20,000 nucleotides of DNA, taken from the IMG/VR virus record IMGVR_UViG_3300036944_000233, one strand, 5' to 3'. Position 1 is the first letter of the stretch. Each line of letters begins with the position of its first letter. Shown piece after piece: positions 1 to 7,777 of this stretch. Origin of the DNA: an uncultured virus (IMG/VR IMGVR_UViG_3300036944_000233). Lineage: Duplodnaviria > Heunggongvirae > Uroviricota > Caudoviricetes. Both the position numbers and the translations under genes were made by a program. Below the pieces are notes generated by a model, which was not told the DNA's origin, made no database searches, and was given only the letters and a program-made list of their open reading frames with translations.

Positions 1-2
1 TC

Positions 3-1862
3 ATTCCCGCTGAGGACATCGTGGTGCCGTACGGCGCATCTAACCTTGAATCTGCCGAGCGCGTCACGCACGTCATGCGTAAGTCGCCGAACGAGATTCT
101 GAAGTTGCAGGACGCTGGGTTTTACTGCGACGTGGACTTGGGCGAGCCATCAAACGAGCTGGACGACATCGAGAAGCAGAAGGCTGAAGAGATGGGCATG
201 ACCGCTACGCATGACGAGCGGTTCCGTATTCTTGAGATGCACGTTGACTTGGACCTCAAGGGCTTTGAGCATAAGGGCAAAGACAAAAAGCCCACGGGCA
301 TTGCACTGCCCTACGTGGTGACGGTTGAGAAGGGCACCGGTAAGATTTTGGCTATTCGTAGGAATTGGTATGACGGCGACGAACTCCATACAAAACGACA
401 GCACTTTGTGCACTACCAATACATCCCCGGCTTTGGCTTCTACGGGTACGGCCTCATTCACCTTATCGGTGGGTATGCTAAGTCTGCCACTATGCTTATT
501 CGTCAGCTTGTTGATGCTGGCACGTTGTCAAACCTCCCCGGCGGACTTAAGTCCCGCGGCCTCCGCATCAAAGGGGACGATACTCCGATTGCCCCCGGCG
601 AGTTCCGAGACGTGGATGTGCCCTCCGGCTCGATCCGTGACAACATCCTGCCACTGCCCTACAAAGAGCCAAGCCAAGTCCTGTACACCCTTTTCGACCG
701 TATAGTTCAAGAAGGTCGTGCGTTTGCTTCGAGTGGGGATATGAAGGTGAGCGACATGTCGTCGCAAGCCCCAGTGGGTACCACTCTGGCCATCCTTGAG
801 CGCACACTGAAGGTGATGACCGCGGTTCAGGCCCGCCTGCACTACGCGATGAAGATGGAGTTCAAACTCCTGAAGGTCATCATTGCTGACTACACCCCAG
901 AGTCGTACGACTACGAGCCAGAAGAAGGCGATCGTTCGGTGAAGAAAGCCGACTACGACTTGGTTGACGTTATTCCCGTGAGCGACCCCAACGCGGCCAC
1001 GATGGCGCAGAAGATTGTGCAGTATCAAGCGGTGTTGCAGCTGGCCCAGAGCGCTCCGAACTTGTACAACTTGCCGCTCTTGCACCGCCAGATGATTGAG
1101 ATTTTGGGTATCAAGAACGCTTCCAAACTTGTGCCTATGGAGGAAGATGCAATTCCTGTAGACCCAGTGTCGGAGAACCAAGCGGTGCTCAACGGCAAGC
1201 CGGTCAAGGCGTTCATCCAGCAGAACCACGAAGCGCACATCCAAGTGCACATGGCTGCGATCCAGAGCCCCAAGGTCCAGCAGTTGTTGCAGATGAACCC
1301 CGCGGCGCAAAGCATCATGGCCGCAGCGATGGCGCACATTAACGAGCACATTGCACTGGAGATGCGCAAACAGATCGAGATGGCGATGGGTATGCCACTG
1401 CCGACCGAGGAGCAAAACAAGCAGGTTCCCCCAGAGCTGGCAGACAAGATTGCCATGATGGCAGCACAAGCGTCACAGCAGATTCTCCAGAGAGATCAGC
1501 AACAAGCTCAGCAGCAGCAAGCCGCGCAGCAAGCTCAAGACCCTGTTGTGCAGATGCAACAGCAAGAGCTCCAGATCAAGCAGCAAGAGCTTCAGCTCAA
1601 GCAGCAGAAGCAACAGATTGACGCCGCGGCCAAGGCCGACCAACTGCGGATTGAAGAGTCACGCATCGAGGCCCAGAAAGAAATTGCAGCCATGCAGGTA
1701 GGTGCTACCGCTGCCGCTGCTCGCGACAGACTCAAGCAACAGATGGAGGCCGATGGTGTTCGGATGGGCCTCGACGCAGCCAAGCATAAAGCTCAGATGG
1801 CACAGCAAGCACGTCAGCAGTCTAGCCAGAACAACAAACCTCCTAAGAAGGAGAGCAAATGA
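3..1862 (+). CDS. Phage portal protein, 5'-truncated by the window, with long Gln-rich coiled-coil C-terminus
   Basis: Frame is open from base 3 (IPAEDIVVPYGAS...). Motifs FVHYQYIPGFGFYGYGLIHLIGG, RQLVDAGTLSNLPGG and PLPYKEPS resemble portals of this phage group. It lies directly upstream of the head genes, and the Q-rich tail starts around 1490. Confidence 0.85.
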   Translation: MPAEDIVVPYGASNLESAERVTHVMRKSPNEILKLQDAGFYCDVDLGEPSNELDDIEKQKAEEMGMTATHDERFRILEMHVDLDLKGFEHKGKDKKPTGIALPYVVTVEKGTGKILAIRRNWYDGDELHTKRQHFVHYQYIPGFGFYGYGLIHLIGGYAKSATMLIRQLVDAGTLSNLPGGLKSRGLRIKGDDTPIAPGEFRDVDVPSGSIRDNILPLPYKEPSQVLYTLFDRIVQEGRAFASSGDMKVSDMSSQAPVGTTLAILERTLKVMTAVQARLHYAMKMEFKLLKVIIADYTPESYDYEPEEGDRSVKKADYDLVDVIPVSDPNAATMAQKIVQYQAVLQLAQSAPNLYNLPLLHRQMIEILGIKNASKLVPMEEDAIPVDPVSENQAVLNGKPVKAFIQQNHEAHIQVHMAAIQSPKVQQLLQMNPAAQSIMAAAMAHINEHIALEMRKQIEMAMGMPLPTEEQNKQVPPELADKIAMMAAQASQQILQRDQQQAQQQQAAQQAQDPVVQMQQQELQIKQQELQLKQQKQQIDAAAKADQLRIEESRIEAQKEIAAMQVGATAAAARDRLKQQMEADGVRMGLDAAKHKAQMAQQARQQSSQNNKPPKKESK

Positions 1863-2056
1863 AGGACTATCAGATTCTGGCCTATACGGTCAAACAACTT
1901 GTAGAACAGCGTGGCACTTACGAGAACGCGGTCAACCGCGGCAACGCCAAGGACCATGCTGAATACAAACACCTCTGCGGGCTTATCCAAGGTCTAAAGC
2001 AAGCAGAGGACATCATTAACGACCTTGTGCAAAAAATGGAGAAGTCCGATGATTGA
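1859..2056 (+). CDS. Small hypothetical phage protein (65 aa, helical)
   Basis: ATGA overlap with the portal stop and GGAG upstream. The GNAKDHAEYKHLCGLIQGL motif is typical of the small gene between portal and GroES in such phages. Confidence 0.8.
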   Translation: MKDYQILAYTVKQLVEQRGTYENAVNRGNAKDHAEYKHLCGLIQGLKQAEDIINDLVQKMEKSDD

Positions 2057-2459
2057 ATTTGATACTTCGGCGATTGACCTGTCTGGTATTTTGAATAAGA
2101 ACACCGAGGACAAAGCCAAGCAACTGCCTGACCCAAAAACCTTTCACCTTCTGTGCGTCGTACCAGAAGCGATGGAAGAGTATGCGGACAGTGAAGTGGG
2201 CATCATCAAGGCTGGCCAGTCCATGCACTACGAGGAGGTTTTGACCCCCGTTTTGTTTGTGGTGAAGGTTGGCCCTGACGCCTATGCGGACAAGACCCGG
2301 TTCCCTAGTGGGCCGAGCTGCAAGCAGGGTGACTTTGTCATCGTGCGCCCCAATTCAGGCACCCGCTTGAAAATCCACGGTCGCGAGTTCCGCATCATCA
2401 ATGATGATTCGGTTGAGGCCGTTGTCGAAGACCCGCGTGGCGTTAGCCGCGCTGCATAA
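2049..2459 (+). CDS. groES: GroES/Cpn10-like co-chaperonin
   Basis: Cpn10-like pattern: mobile-loop-like EVGIIKA, VVKVGPDAY, KQGDFVIV, GTRLKIHGREFRIINDDSVEAVV. Start ATG at 2049 overlaps the upstream gene end. Confidence 0.85.
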   Translation: MIEFDTSAIDLSGILNKNTEDKAKQLPDPKTFHLLCVVPEAMEEYADSEVGIIKAGQSMHYEEVLTPVLFVVKVGPDAYADKTRFPSGPSCKQGDFVIVRPNSGTRLKIHGREFRIINDDSVEAVVEDPRGVSRAA

Positions 2460-2468
2460 GGAGTAAGC

Positions 2469-3467
2469 ATGGCTAAATTTGGTGAAGATTTTGAGTTTCC
2501 TGACGAGAAGGAAGCCAAAGGCGCAAAAAATACTGAAGACGACGGTCTTGACATCGATATCGAGGACGATACACCTCCCGCAGATCGTGGCCGCAAGCCC
2601 ATGAAAGAACCAGTGGAAGACCCCACTGAAGATGAACTTGCCTCATATGATGAGAAGGTTCAGGCCCGCATTAAGAAGTTCACTCGTGGTTACCACGACG
2701 AGCGACGTGCTAAAGAAGAAGCCGTGCGTGAACGCGAGGCCGCTGAAACATTTGCCCGTCAGGTGTTTGAGGAGAACAAAAAACTCCAACAACAGTTATC
2801 CACAGGCAGTAAAGCCTATATCGAGACCTCCAAATCTGCCGCTGAAACCGAGCTGCAAGCAGCCAAGCGCCGGTTTAAAGAAGCCTATGATTCGGGGGAT
2901 TCTGACGCATTGGCTGATGCACAGGCAGATGTTGCACAAGCTACTCTAAAACTCGATCGCGCTACTACTATGAAGCCGATTGAAGTTGAAGAGAAGGAAT
3001 ACAAAACCGCCGCACCCCAAGCAGAAACTTCTAAGCTCAGTCCACGCACGCAGCGTTGGGTCGAGTCCAATAAAGATTGGTGGGGTAAGGACGACGAAAT
3101 GACTATGGCCGCAATGGGTCTTGACAAGAAGTTACAGCGCGAGTATGGTTCTGACTACGTTGGTAGTGATGAGTACTTTAAAACTATCGACCGCACTATG
3201 CGCAAGCGTTTTCCCGAGCACTTTGAAAGTGAGCGGAGCGATGAGGAAGAAAATGACCCGCCTCCACGAAAGAGGTCAGAACCGGCTTACGAGGATGAAC
3301 CTCCACGCCGTGCAACAAAACCCGCTGCCGTTGTAGCTCCGGCTTCACGCAGCACCCCGCCTAGTCGTATGCGACTGAAGGCATCCGAAGCAGCGATCGC
3401 TCGCCGTCTTGGGGTTCCTTTGGAGCTTTACGCCAAACAGGTTGCCATGCTTAATAGAGGTGAATAA
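2469..3467 (+). CDS. Probable capsid scaffolding protein (332 aa)
   Basis: AAGGAG RBS; acidic N-terminus, long E/K/A-rich coiled coil, and short C-terminal helix pair (LKASEAAIARRLGVPLELYAKQV). Position upstream of the capsid genes fits. Confidence 0.65.
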   Translation: MAKFGEDFEFPDEKEAKGAKNTEDDGLDIDIEDDTPPADRGRKPMKEPVEDPTEDELASYDEKVQARIKKFTRGYHDERRAKEEAVREREAAETFARQVFEENKKLQQQLSTGSKAYIETSKSAAETELQAAKRRFKEAYDSGDSDALADAQADVAQATLKLDRATTMKPIEVEEKEYKTAAPQAETSKLSPRTQRWVESNKDWWGKDDEMTMAAMGLDKKLQREYGSDYVGSDEYFKTIDRTMRKRFPEHFESERSDEEENDPPPRKRSEPAYEDEPPRRATKPAAVVAPASRSTPPSRMRLKASEAAIARRLGVPLELYAKQVAMLNRGE

Positions 3468-3469
3468 AT

Positions 3470-3940
3470 ATGACTGAAGTTCAAACCAAACCGCAGAATC
3501 GGATGGCTCGTGAGTTGGATTCCCGTGAAGTGACGTTCCAACGTCCTAAAGCGTGGCGTGCACCCGAGACTTTGCCAATGCCCGACGAACGTCCGGGCTG
3601 GACGCATCGCTATGTCCGAATCAGCATGATGGGTCAAGCTGACGCCAGTAATATCTCTAGTAAGTTTCGCGAAGGGTACGAACCCGTAAAAGCGGACGAA
3701 TATCCCGAGCTCATGATGCACGCTACCACTGAAGGCCGTTTTAAAGGCGGTATTGAAGTGGGTGGACTGTTGCTCTGCCGTATTCCTTCAGAGTTCCTTA
3801 AACAGCGCGAGGCTTATTACTCCGCGCAGAACAAGGCTCAGATGGATTCAGTGGACAACGCTTTCCTTCGTGAGAGCGACCCTCGGATGCAGAAGTTTTC
3901 TGAACGAAGCACCAAGGTCACTTTCGGTTCTGGTTCCTAA
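3470..3940 (+). CDS. Conserved hypothetical head-module protein (156 aa)
   Basis: GAGG RBS and coupling to the scaffold gene. Motifs GWTHRYVR, REGYEPV and GGLLLCRIP; function unknown. Confidence 0.8.
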   Translation: MTEVQTKPQNRMARELDSREVTFQRPKAWRAPETLPMPDERPGWTHRYVRISMMGQADASNISSKFREGYEPVKADEYPELMMHATTEGRFKGGIEVGGLLLCRIPSEFLKQREAYYSAQNKAQMDSVDNAFLRESDPRMQKFSERSTKVTFGSGS

Positions 3941-3958
3941 TTTTTCAAGGAGTCTTAA

Positions 3959-4810
3959 ATGGCTTATCCAACGGTTGCGGCCCCCTACGGCCTGAAACCG
4001 GTCAATTTGATCGGCGGGCAAGTTTTTGCGGGTTCTACTCGCAGTTTGCCTATTCAATACGGCTACGGCACGAACATCTTCTATGGTGATTTTGTGGTGT
4101 TGTCGCGTGGTTTTATCACCCGCGCTGCCGTCTCTACTGGTACCGCCGTCAATCAAGTGACCGGTATCTTCTTGGGCGTGTCGTTCACCAACCCAATTAC
4201 CAAGCAAAAGCAATTCCAGCAGTTCTGGCCCGCGTCTACGCTGGCTGGCGATGCTGAGGCAATTATCTGCGACGATCCTGACACCGTCTTCAAGGCTGTT
4301 GTCTGCTCGGCAACGACTGTTGTTGCTTCTGGTGCCTTGGCCATGATTGGCACCAACCTGTCGATGGTGGACAACGCCTCTGTGGCTTCCAGCCTGAGCA
4401 CTGGCAACTCTGCAAACGCTGTCTTGGCTCCTACAGCCACCCCCGCCACCACGATCCTGCCGGTTCGTTGCGTTGGCCTTGTGACTGACACAGCCATCAC
4501 CGTGTCTGCCTCGGGTAGCTCGAGCTCCACAACCATTACCTTGACTGGTACTGGCTTGCCTATCGCGATCCCAATTGGCACCAGCGTGGGTTACCTTGCC
4601 TCCAACGGCCAGATGATCAACACAGGTTCGTTTGTGACTGCTGCCGCTTCTGCCGGTGCCACTTCGGTGACTATCAACGCTCAGCCAACCGTGCTGGGTT
4701 CTGGTACAAACATCCCATCGGCGTCCACAATCACGTTCACTCAGTACCCAGAAATTCTGGTGAAGGTGAACTTGTTGGTGCACGGCTACTACAGTTCTGC
4801 AACCGCCTAA
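3959..4810 (+). CDS. Probable capsid-associated (minor capsid/decoration) protein (283 aa)
   Basis: AAGGAG RBS; N-terminal APYGLKPV and IFYGDFV motifs; T/S/A/G-rich beta-type composition; immediately upstream of the major capsid gene. Confidence 0.6.
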   Translation: MAYPTVAAPYGLKPVNLIGGQVFAGSTRSLPIQYGYGTNIFYGDFVVLSRGFITRAAVSTGTAVNQVTGIFLGVSFTNPITKQKQFQQFWPASTLAGDAEAIICDDPDTVFKAVVCSATTVVASGALAMIGTNLSMVDNASVASSLSTGNSANAVLAPTATPATTILPVRCVGLVTDTAITVSASGSSSSTTITLTGTGLPIAIPIGTSVGYLASNGQMINTGSFVTAAASAGATSVTINAQPTVLGSGTNIPSASTITFTQYPEILVKVNLLVHGYYSSATA

Positions 4811-4826
4811 TAAGGAGTAATTCAAA

Positions 4827-5738
4827 ATGGCTATTTCACGCGCACAACTTTTGAAGGAACTCCTGCCGGGCCTGAACGCATTGTTCGGTTTGGAGTACGC
4901 ACGCTACGGCGAAGAGCACAAGGAAATCTACGAGACTGAGACTTCCGAGCGTTCTTTTGAAGAAGAAACCAAACTGTCTGGCTTCTCCGCAGCACCTGTT
5001 AAGAGCGAAGGTTCCGCCATCGCTTACGACAACGCTCAAGAAGCATGGACCACTCGCTACAACCACGAGACCATTGCCTTGGGTTTCTCGATCACCGAAG
5101 AGGCGATCGAAGATAACTTGTATGACAGCTTGTCTGCTCGTTACACCAAGGGTCTGGCTCGTGCCATGGCCTACACCAAGCAGGTTAAAGCTGCTGCTAC
5201 TCTGAACAACGGTTTTTCGGCAGCTTATGCTGGCGGCGACGGCGTTGCTTTGTTTAGCACTGCTCACCCTCTGGTCAACGGCGACCGCAACAGCAACACT
5301 CCCGCTACCCAAGCTGACCTGAACGAGACTTCTTTGGAAGCCGCCGTTATCCAGATCGCTGCTTGGACAGACGAGCGTGGTTTGCTGATTGCCGCTAAGC
5401 CTAAGAAGCTGATCGTTCCCCCAAGCCTGCAATTCGTTGCTACTCGTCTGTTGGAAACCGAACTCCGCGTCGGTACTAACAACAACGACCTCAACGCGAT
5501 CAAGAGCAATGGCGCTATCCCTGATGGCTACACCATTAACCACTTCTTGACCGACAACAACGCTTGGTTCTTGACGACTGACGTTCCAAACGGCTTGAAG
5601 CATTTCGTGCGTACTCCGTTGCAAAACTCCATGGATGGTGATTTCGACACAGGCAACGTACGTTACAAGGCCCGCGAGCGATATTCTTTTGGTTGGAGCG
5701 ATCCATTGGGCGTCTTCGGTTCCAGCGGTTCCTTCTGA
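4827..5738 (+). CDS. Major capsid protein (HK97 fold, Mu gpT-like family)
   Basis: TAAGGAG RBS and strongly biased codon usage. Motifs MAISRAQLLKELLPGLNALFG, GGDGVALFSTAHP, PKKLIVPP and DGDFDTGNVRYKARERYSFGWSD. Followed by a terminator. Confidence 0.92.
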   Translation: MAISRAQLLKELLPGLNALFGLEYARYGEEHKEIYETETSERSFEEETKLSGFSAAPVKSEGSAIAYDNAQEAWTTRYNHETIALGFSITEEAIEDNLYDSLSARYTKGLARAMAYTKQVKAAATLNNGFSAAYAGGDGVALFSTAHPLVNGDRNSNTPATQADLNETSLEAAVIQIAAWTDERGLLIAAKPKKLIVPPSLQFVATRLLETELRVGTNNNDLNAIKSNGAIPDGYTINHFLTDNNAWFLTTDVPNGLKHFVRTPLQNSMDGDFDTGNVRYKARERYSFGWSDPLGVFGSSGSF

Positions 5739-5764
5739 TAAAAGAAACCAAAGCTCTACAAGAG

Positions 5765-5785
5765 AGGCCCTTCGGGGCCTTTTTT
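5765..5785 (+). terminator. Rho-independent terminator after the major capsid gene
   Basis: AGGCCC-TTCG-GGGCCT stem with a C(UUCG)G tetraloop, followed by a T-run. Confidence 0.9.
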
Positions 5786-5792
5786 GCGCGTG

Positions 5793-5820
5793 TTGACTTG
5801 TACCACACATCCTGTATACT
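5793..5820 (+). promoter_or_regulatory. Sigma70-like promoter for the GIY-YIG gene
   Basis: TTGACT (5793-5798), 16 bp spacer, TATACT (5815-5820). Lies just after the terminator and before GGAG (5843-5846) and ATG 5853. Confidence 0.65.
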
Positions 5821-5852
5821 ACGGGCTTTCTAGCTTTATACCGGAGATACAA

Positions 5853-6674
5853 ATGGCAGTCATCTACCAAATCACCAACATGGTCAATGGCAAATATTAC
5901 ATAGGCAGTGCGGAGTCTTTTGCCCGTCGGGAGTGGCAGCACAAGTACGACCTGAAACGCAACGCACACAAGAACCCCCGCCTGCAAGCTGCGTGGAACA
6001 AGTATGGTGCCGAGGCGTTTGTGTTTGAAGTGCTGGAAACTGTGCCGGAGGACGTGTCTGTTTTTGATTGTGAGAATTTGTACCTGCACACGCATGTCGG
6101 CAAGCCCGAGTGCTACAACGTCAACACAGATGCCATAGGCATGCGCACAGGAGTTTTGCACACGCAAGCAAGCAAAGACAAGGTGAGCGTCAACAGAAAA
6201 GGCAAACACGCAGGCGCAGAGCATTATCGTTACGGGCAAGAAGTTTCAGCTGAAGTCCGGGAGAAAATAGGCGCAGCCCAACGCGGGGTTTCAAAAGGCC
6301 CCCGTACCTTCACACCTGAAGGTTTGGCGCGGGCAAAAGAAAACATGCAGCGCAACGCCAAGCCGCAGGTGCCCGCCGACTTTGAAGCGGTCCACGCCAA
6401 GTTCCCTGCTGACGTTCAGGCCAAGTACGACTTTACTAACGCGGTCTATACCGGCGCACTGGTCAGGATTGAGGGAGTGTTCTGTGAACAGCACGGCACG
6501 TTCTCTCAGTACGCCGCTCGTTTCAGAAAAGGAGCTGGGTGCCCCGAGTGCGGCGCTGAGCAACGGGCGCAGTCAAAAAAAGCGCAAATGCTGGAAGAGT
6601 GGGCAACGCCAGAAGGCCGAGAAAAGATGCTAGCCGCTCGAAGGAGGAAGGTTGCGCAGACCCCTCTTCAGTGA
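5853..6674 (+). CDS. Free-standing GIY-YIG homing endonuclease with NUMOD3-like repeats and C-terminal CxxH/CxxC module (273 aa)
   Basis: VIYQITNMVNGKYYIGSA...R...H, HKNPRLQAAWNKYG, FEVLE and YN motifs. NUMOD3-like HTQASKDKVS and VSAEVREKIG. C-terminal CEQHG...GCPECG. Start 5853 has a GGAG RBS, so the ORF-track start at 5784 is too long. Confidence 0.9.
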   Translation: MAVIYQITNMVNGKYYIGSAESFARREWQHKYDLKRNAHKNPRLQAAWNKYGAEAFVFEVLETVPEDVSVFDCENLYLHTHVGKPECYNVNTDAIGMRTGVLHTQASKDKVSVNRKGKHAGAEHYRYGQEVSAEVREKIGAAQRGVSKGPRTFTPEGLARAKENMQRNAKPQVPADFEAVHAKFPADVQAKYDFTNAVYTGALVRIEGVFCEQHGTFSQYAARFRKGAGCPECGAEQRAQSKKAQMLEEWATPEGREKMLAARRRKVAQTPLQ

Positions 6675-6680
6675 TATATT
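6652..6680 (+). promoter_or_regulatory. Sigma70-like promoter with extended -10, overlapping the GIY-YIG stop codon
   Basis: TTGCGC (6652-6657), 17 bp spacer, TATATT (6675-6680), with TG at 6672-6673 (TGn-TATATT). Predicted start about 6687. Confidence 0.6.
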
Positions 6681-6686
6681 GCTTTT

Positions 6687-6762
6687 ATCTGGGTGATCCG
6701 CCTTACCACCACTGCCCCAGCAGACGATGCAACGATCGGTAAGGTATCTTTTGCATAAGGAG
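6687..6762 (+). ncRNA. Candidate structured 5' leader RNA (chained pseudoknots) ending at the RBS
   Basis: CTGGG 6689-6693 / CCCAG 6716-6720; CCTTACC 6701-6707 / GGTAAGG 6738-6744; ATGCAA 6727-6732 / TTGCAT 6751-6756; AAGGAG 6757-6762. Confidence 0.55.
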
Positions 6763-6768
6763 TTCCAC

Positions 6769-7464
6769 ATGGGACGCTCAACTTTCGAAGGCCCGATTCT
6801 TTCTGGCGACAACCGTTTTGGCCCCCTGCGTAATGTGGGCTACGCCATGCTGGCTCAGCACATTGACATCAACTTGGCCACCACAACCCCTTACACCGCC
6901 GCTTACAGTGGCGGCTCTGGTGTCTTTGTAAACGGCAACGGCATTCCAAACGCACCTGCTATTGTTTACACCCCCGGCACATCGACCTATGCTCCTGTGG
7001 CCATCCCCGCAGATTCGGCCACCAACGTGTATCGTGGTGTGGTTTGCTATTTGCCAGCTGGTTGTGACTTTGACGGCGTGAACGTGGACTGCCAGACTGT
7101 TGTGGCTGTTGCAGGCGGCACTGCTTCCCTGACCTCTGCCACCGTGTACGTGTCCAACAACTACACCGCAGCCGCCGGTACAGCCACCTATTTCAACACT
7201 GGTGCCATCAGCGCCGTGGGTCGTCAAGCGCTGTCTACGTTCACTGCAACGCAGGTCACCAACCAGTCAACCACATCGACTGACATCATCCAGCCTAACG
7301 GGCAGCCAAACCTGTCTCAAGTGGTCATCACTTTGGCCATCGTCGGCACAACCTTGGACACAAGAACCTCCTTGACGGGCGCGTTCTCGTTCTTTGTTCG
7401 ATACATCCAAAAAGATGGAAACATTGGCACCACCACTGCTTACCCATACGGCAACTTTGACTGA
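6769..7464 (+). CDS. Hypothetical virion protein (231 aa, T/A/G-rich)
   Basis: AAGGAG RBS at 6757-6762; begins MGRSTFEGPILSG; beta-rich composition; first structural gene after the capsid gene and endonuclease insertion. Confidence 0.75.
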   Translation: MGRSTFEGPILSGDNRFGPLRNVGYAMLAQHIDINLATTTPYTAAYSGGSGVFVNGNGIPNAPAIVYTPGTSTYAPVAIPADSATNVYRGVVCYLPAGCDFDGVNVDCQTVVAVAGGTASLTSATVYVSNNYTAAAGTATYFNTGAISAVGRQALSTFTATQVTNQSTTSTDIIQPNGQPNLSQVVITLAIVGTTLDTRTSLTGAFSFFVRYIQKDGNIGTTTAYPYGNFD

Positions 7465-7477
7465 TTGATGCAGTCTT

Positions 7478-7497
7478 GGGGCTTCGGCCCCGTTCTT
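7478..7497 (+). terminator. UUCG hairpin, weak terminator or mRNA stabiliser
   Basis: GGGGC-TTCG-GCCCC (7478-7491) followed by an imperfect U tract (GTTCTT); intergenic. Confidence 0.55.
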
Positions 7498-7513
7498 AAT
7501 TTAAGGAGCCGTC

Positions 7514-7768
7514 ATGGGTAAATTGACAAACTTCAGCCCCACGTTTCCGATGTTTCCGGGCGATGCCGCGCTGGTCACGCCAAGCGACGTGGCCACGTTC
7601 AATCCGTCCGTGCTGTACATCGGTGGCACGGGCAACGTGCGCGTGCTGACAGCGCAGGGCACAGACATCGTGTTCTCAGCCATACCTGCTGGTTTCATCT
7701 TGCCTGTTCAGGTGATTCAGGTGTTTGCAACCAACACCACTGCGACCAGCATCGCACGCATCTACTAA
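7514..7768 (+). CDS. Putative head-spike base protein (RcGTA Rcc01079-like, 84 aa)
   Basis: TAAGGAG RBS. Pattern VTPSD...LYIGGTGNVRV...F..IPAGFILPVQVIQVFATNTTATSI matches my recollection of the Rcc01079 family. Confidence 0.7.
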   Translation: MGKLTNFSPTFPMFPGDAALVTPSDVATFNPSVLYIGGTGNVRVLTAQGTDIVFSAIPAGFILPVQVIQVFATNTTATSIARIY

Positions 7769-7777
7769 GGTCTGATC

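Noticed and set aside
1490..1620. CAG/CAA-rich stretch as a microsatellite
   Set aside because: Mixed codons encoding the Gln-rich portal coiled coil; not a pure DNA repeat.
4836..6239. 467-aa minus-strand ORF, and similar ones at 528-1469 and 3848-4825
   Set aside because: Antisense shadows of strongly codon-biased + strand genes, with no recognisable motifs.
6687..6762. Assignment of the leader to HDV-like or hammerhead ribozymes
   Set aside because: No CUGANGA/GAAA core and no clear nested P3/P1.1 arrangement by eye, so it was left unassigned.
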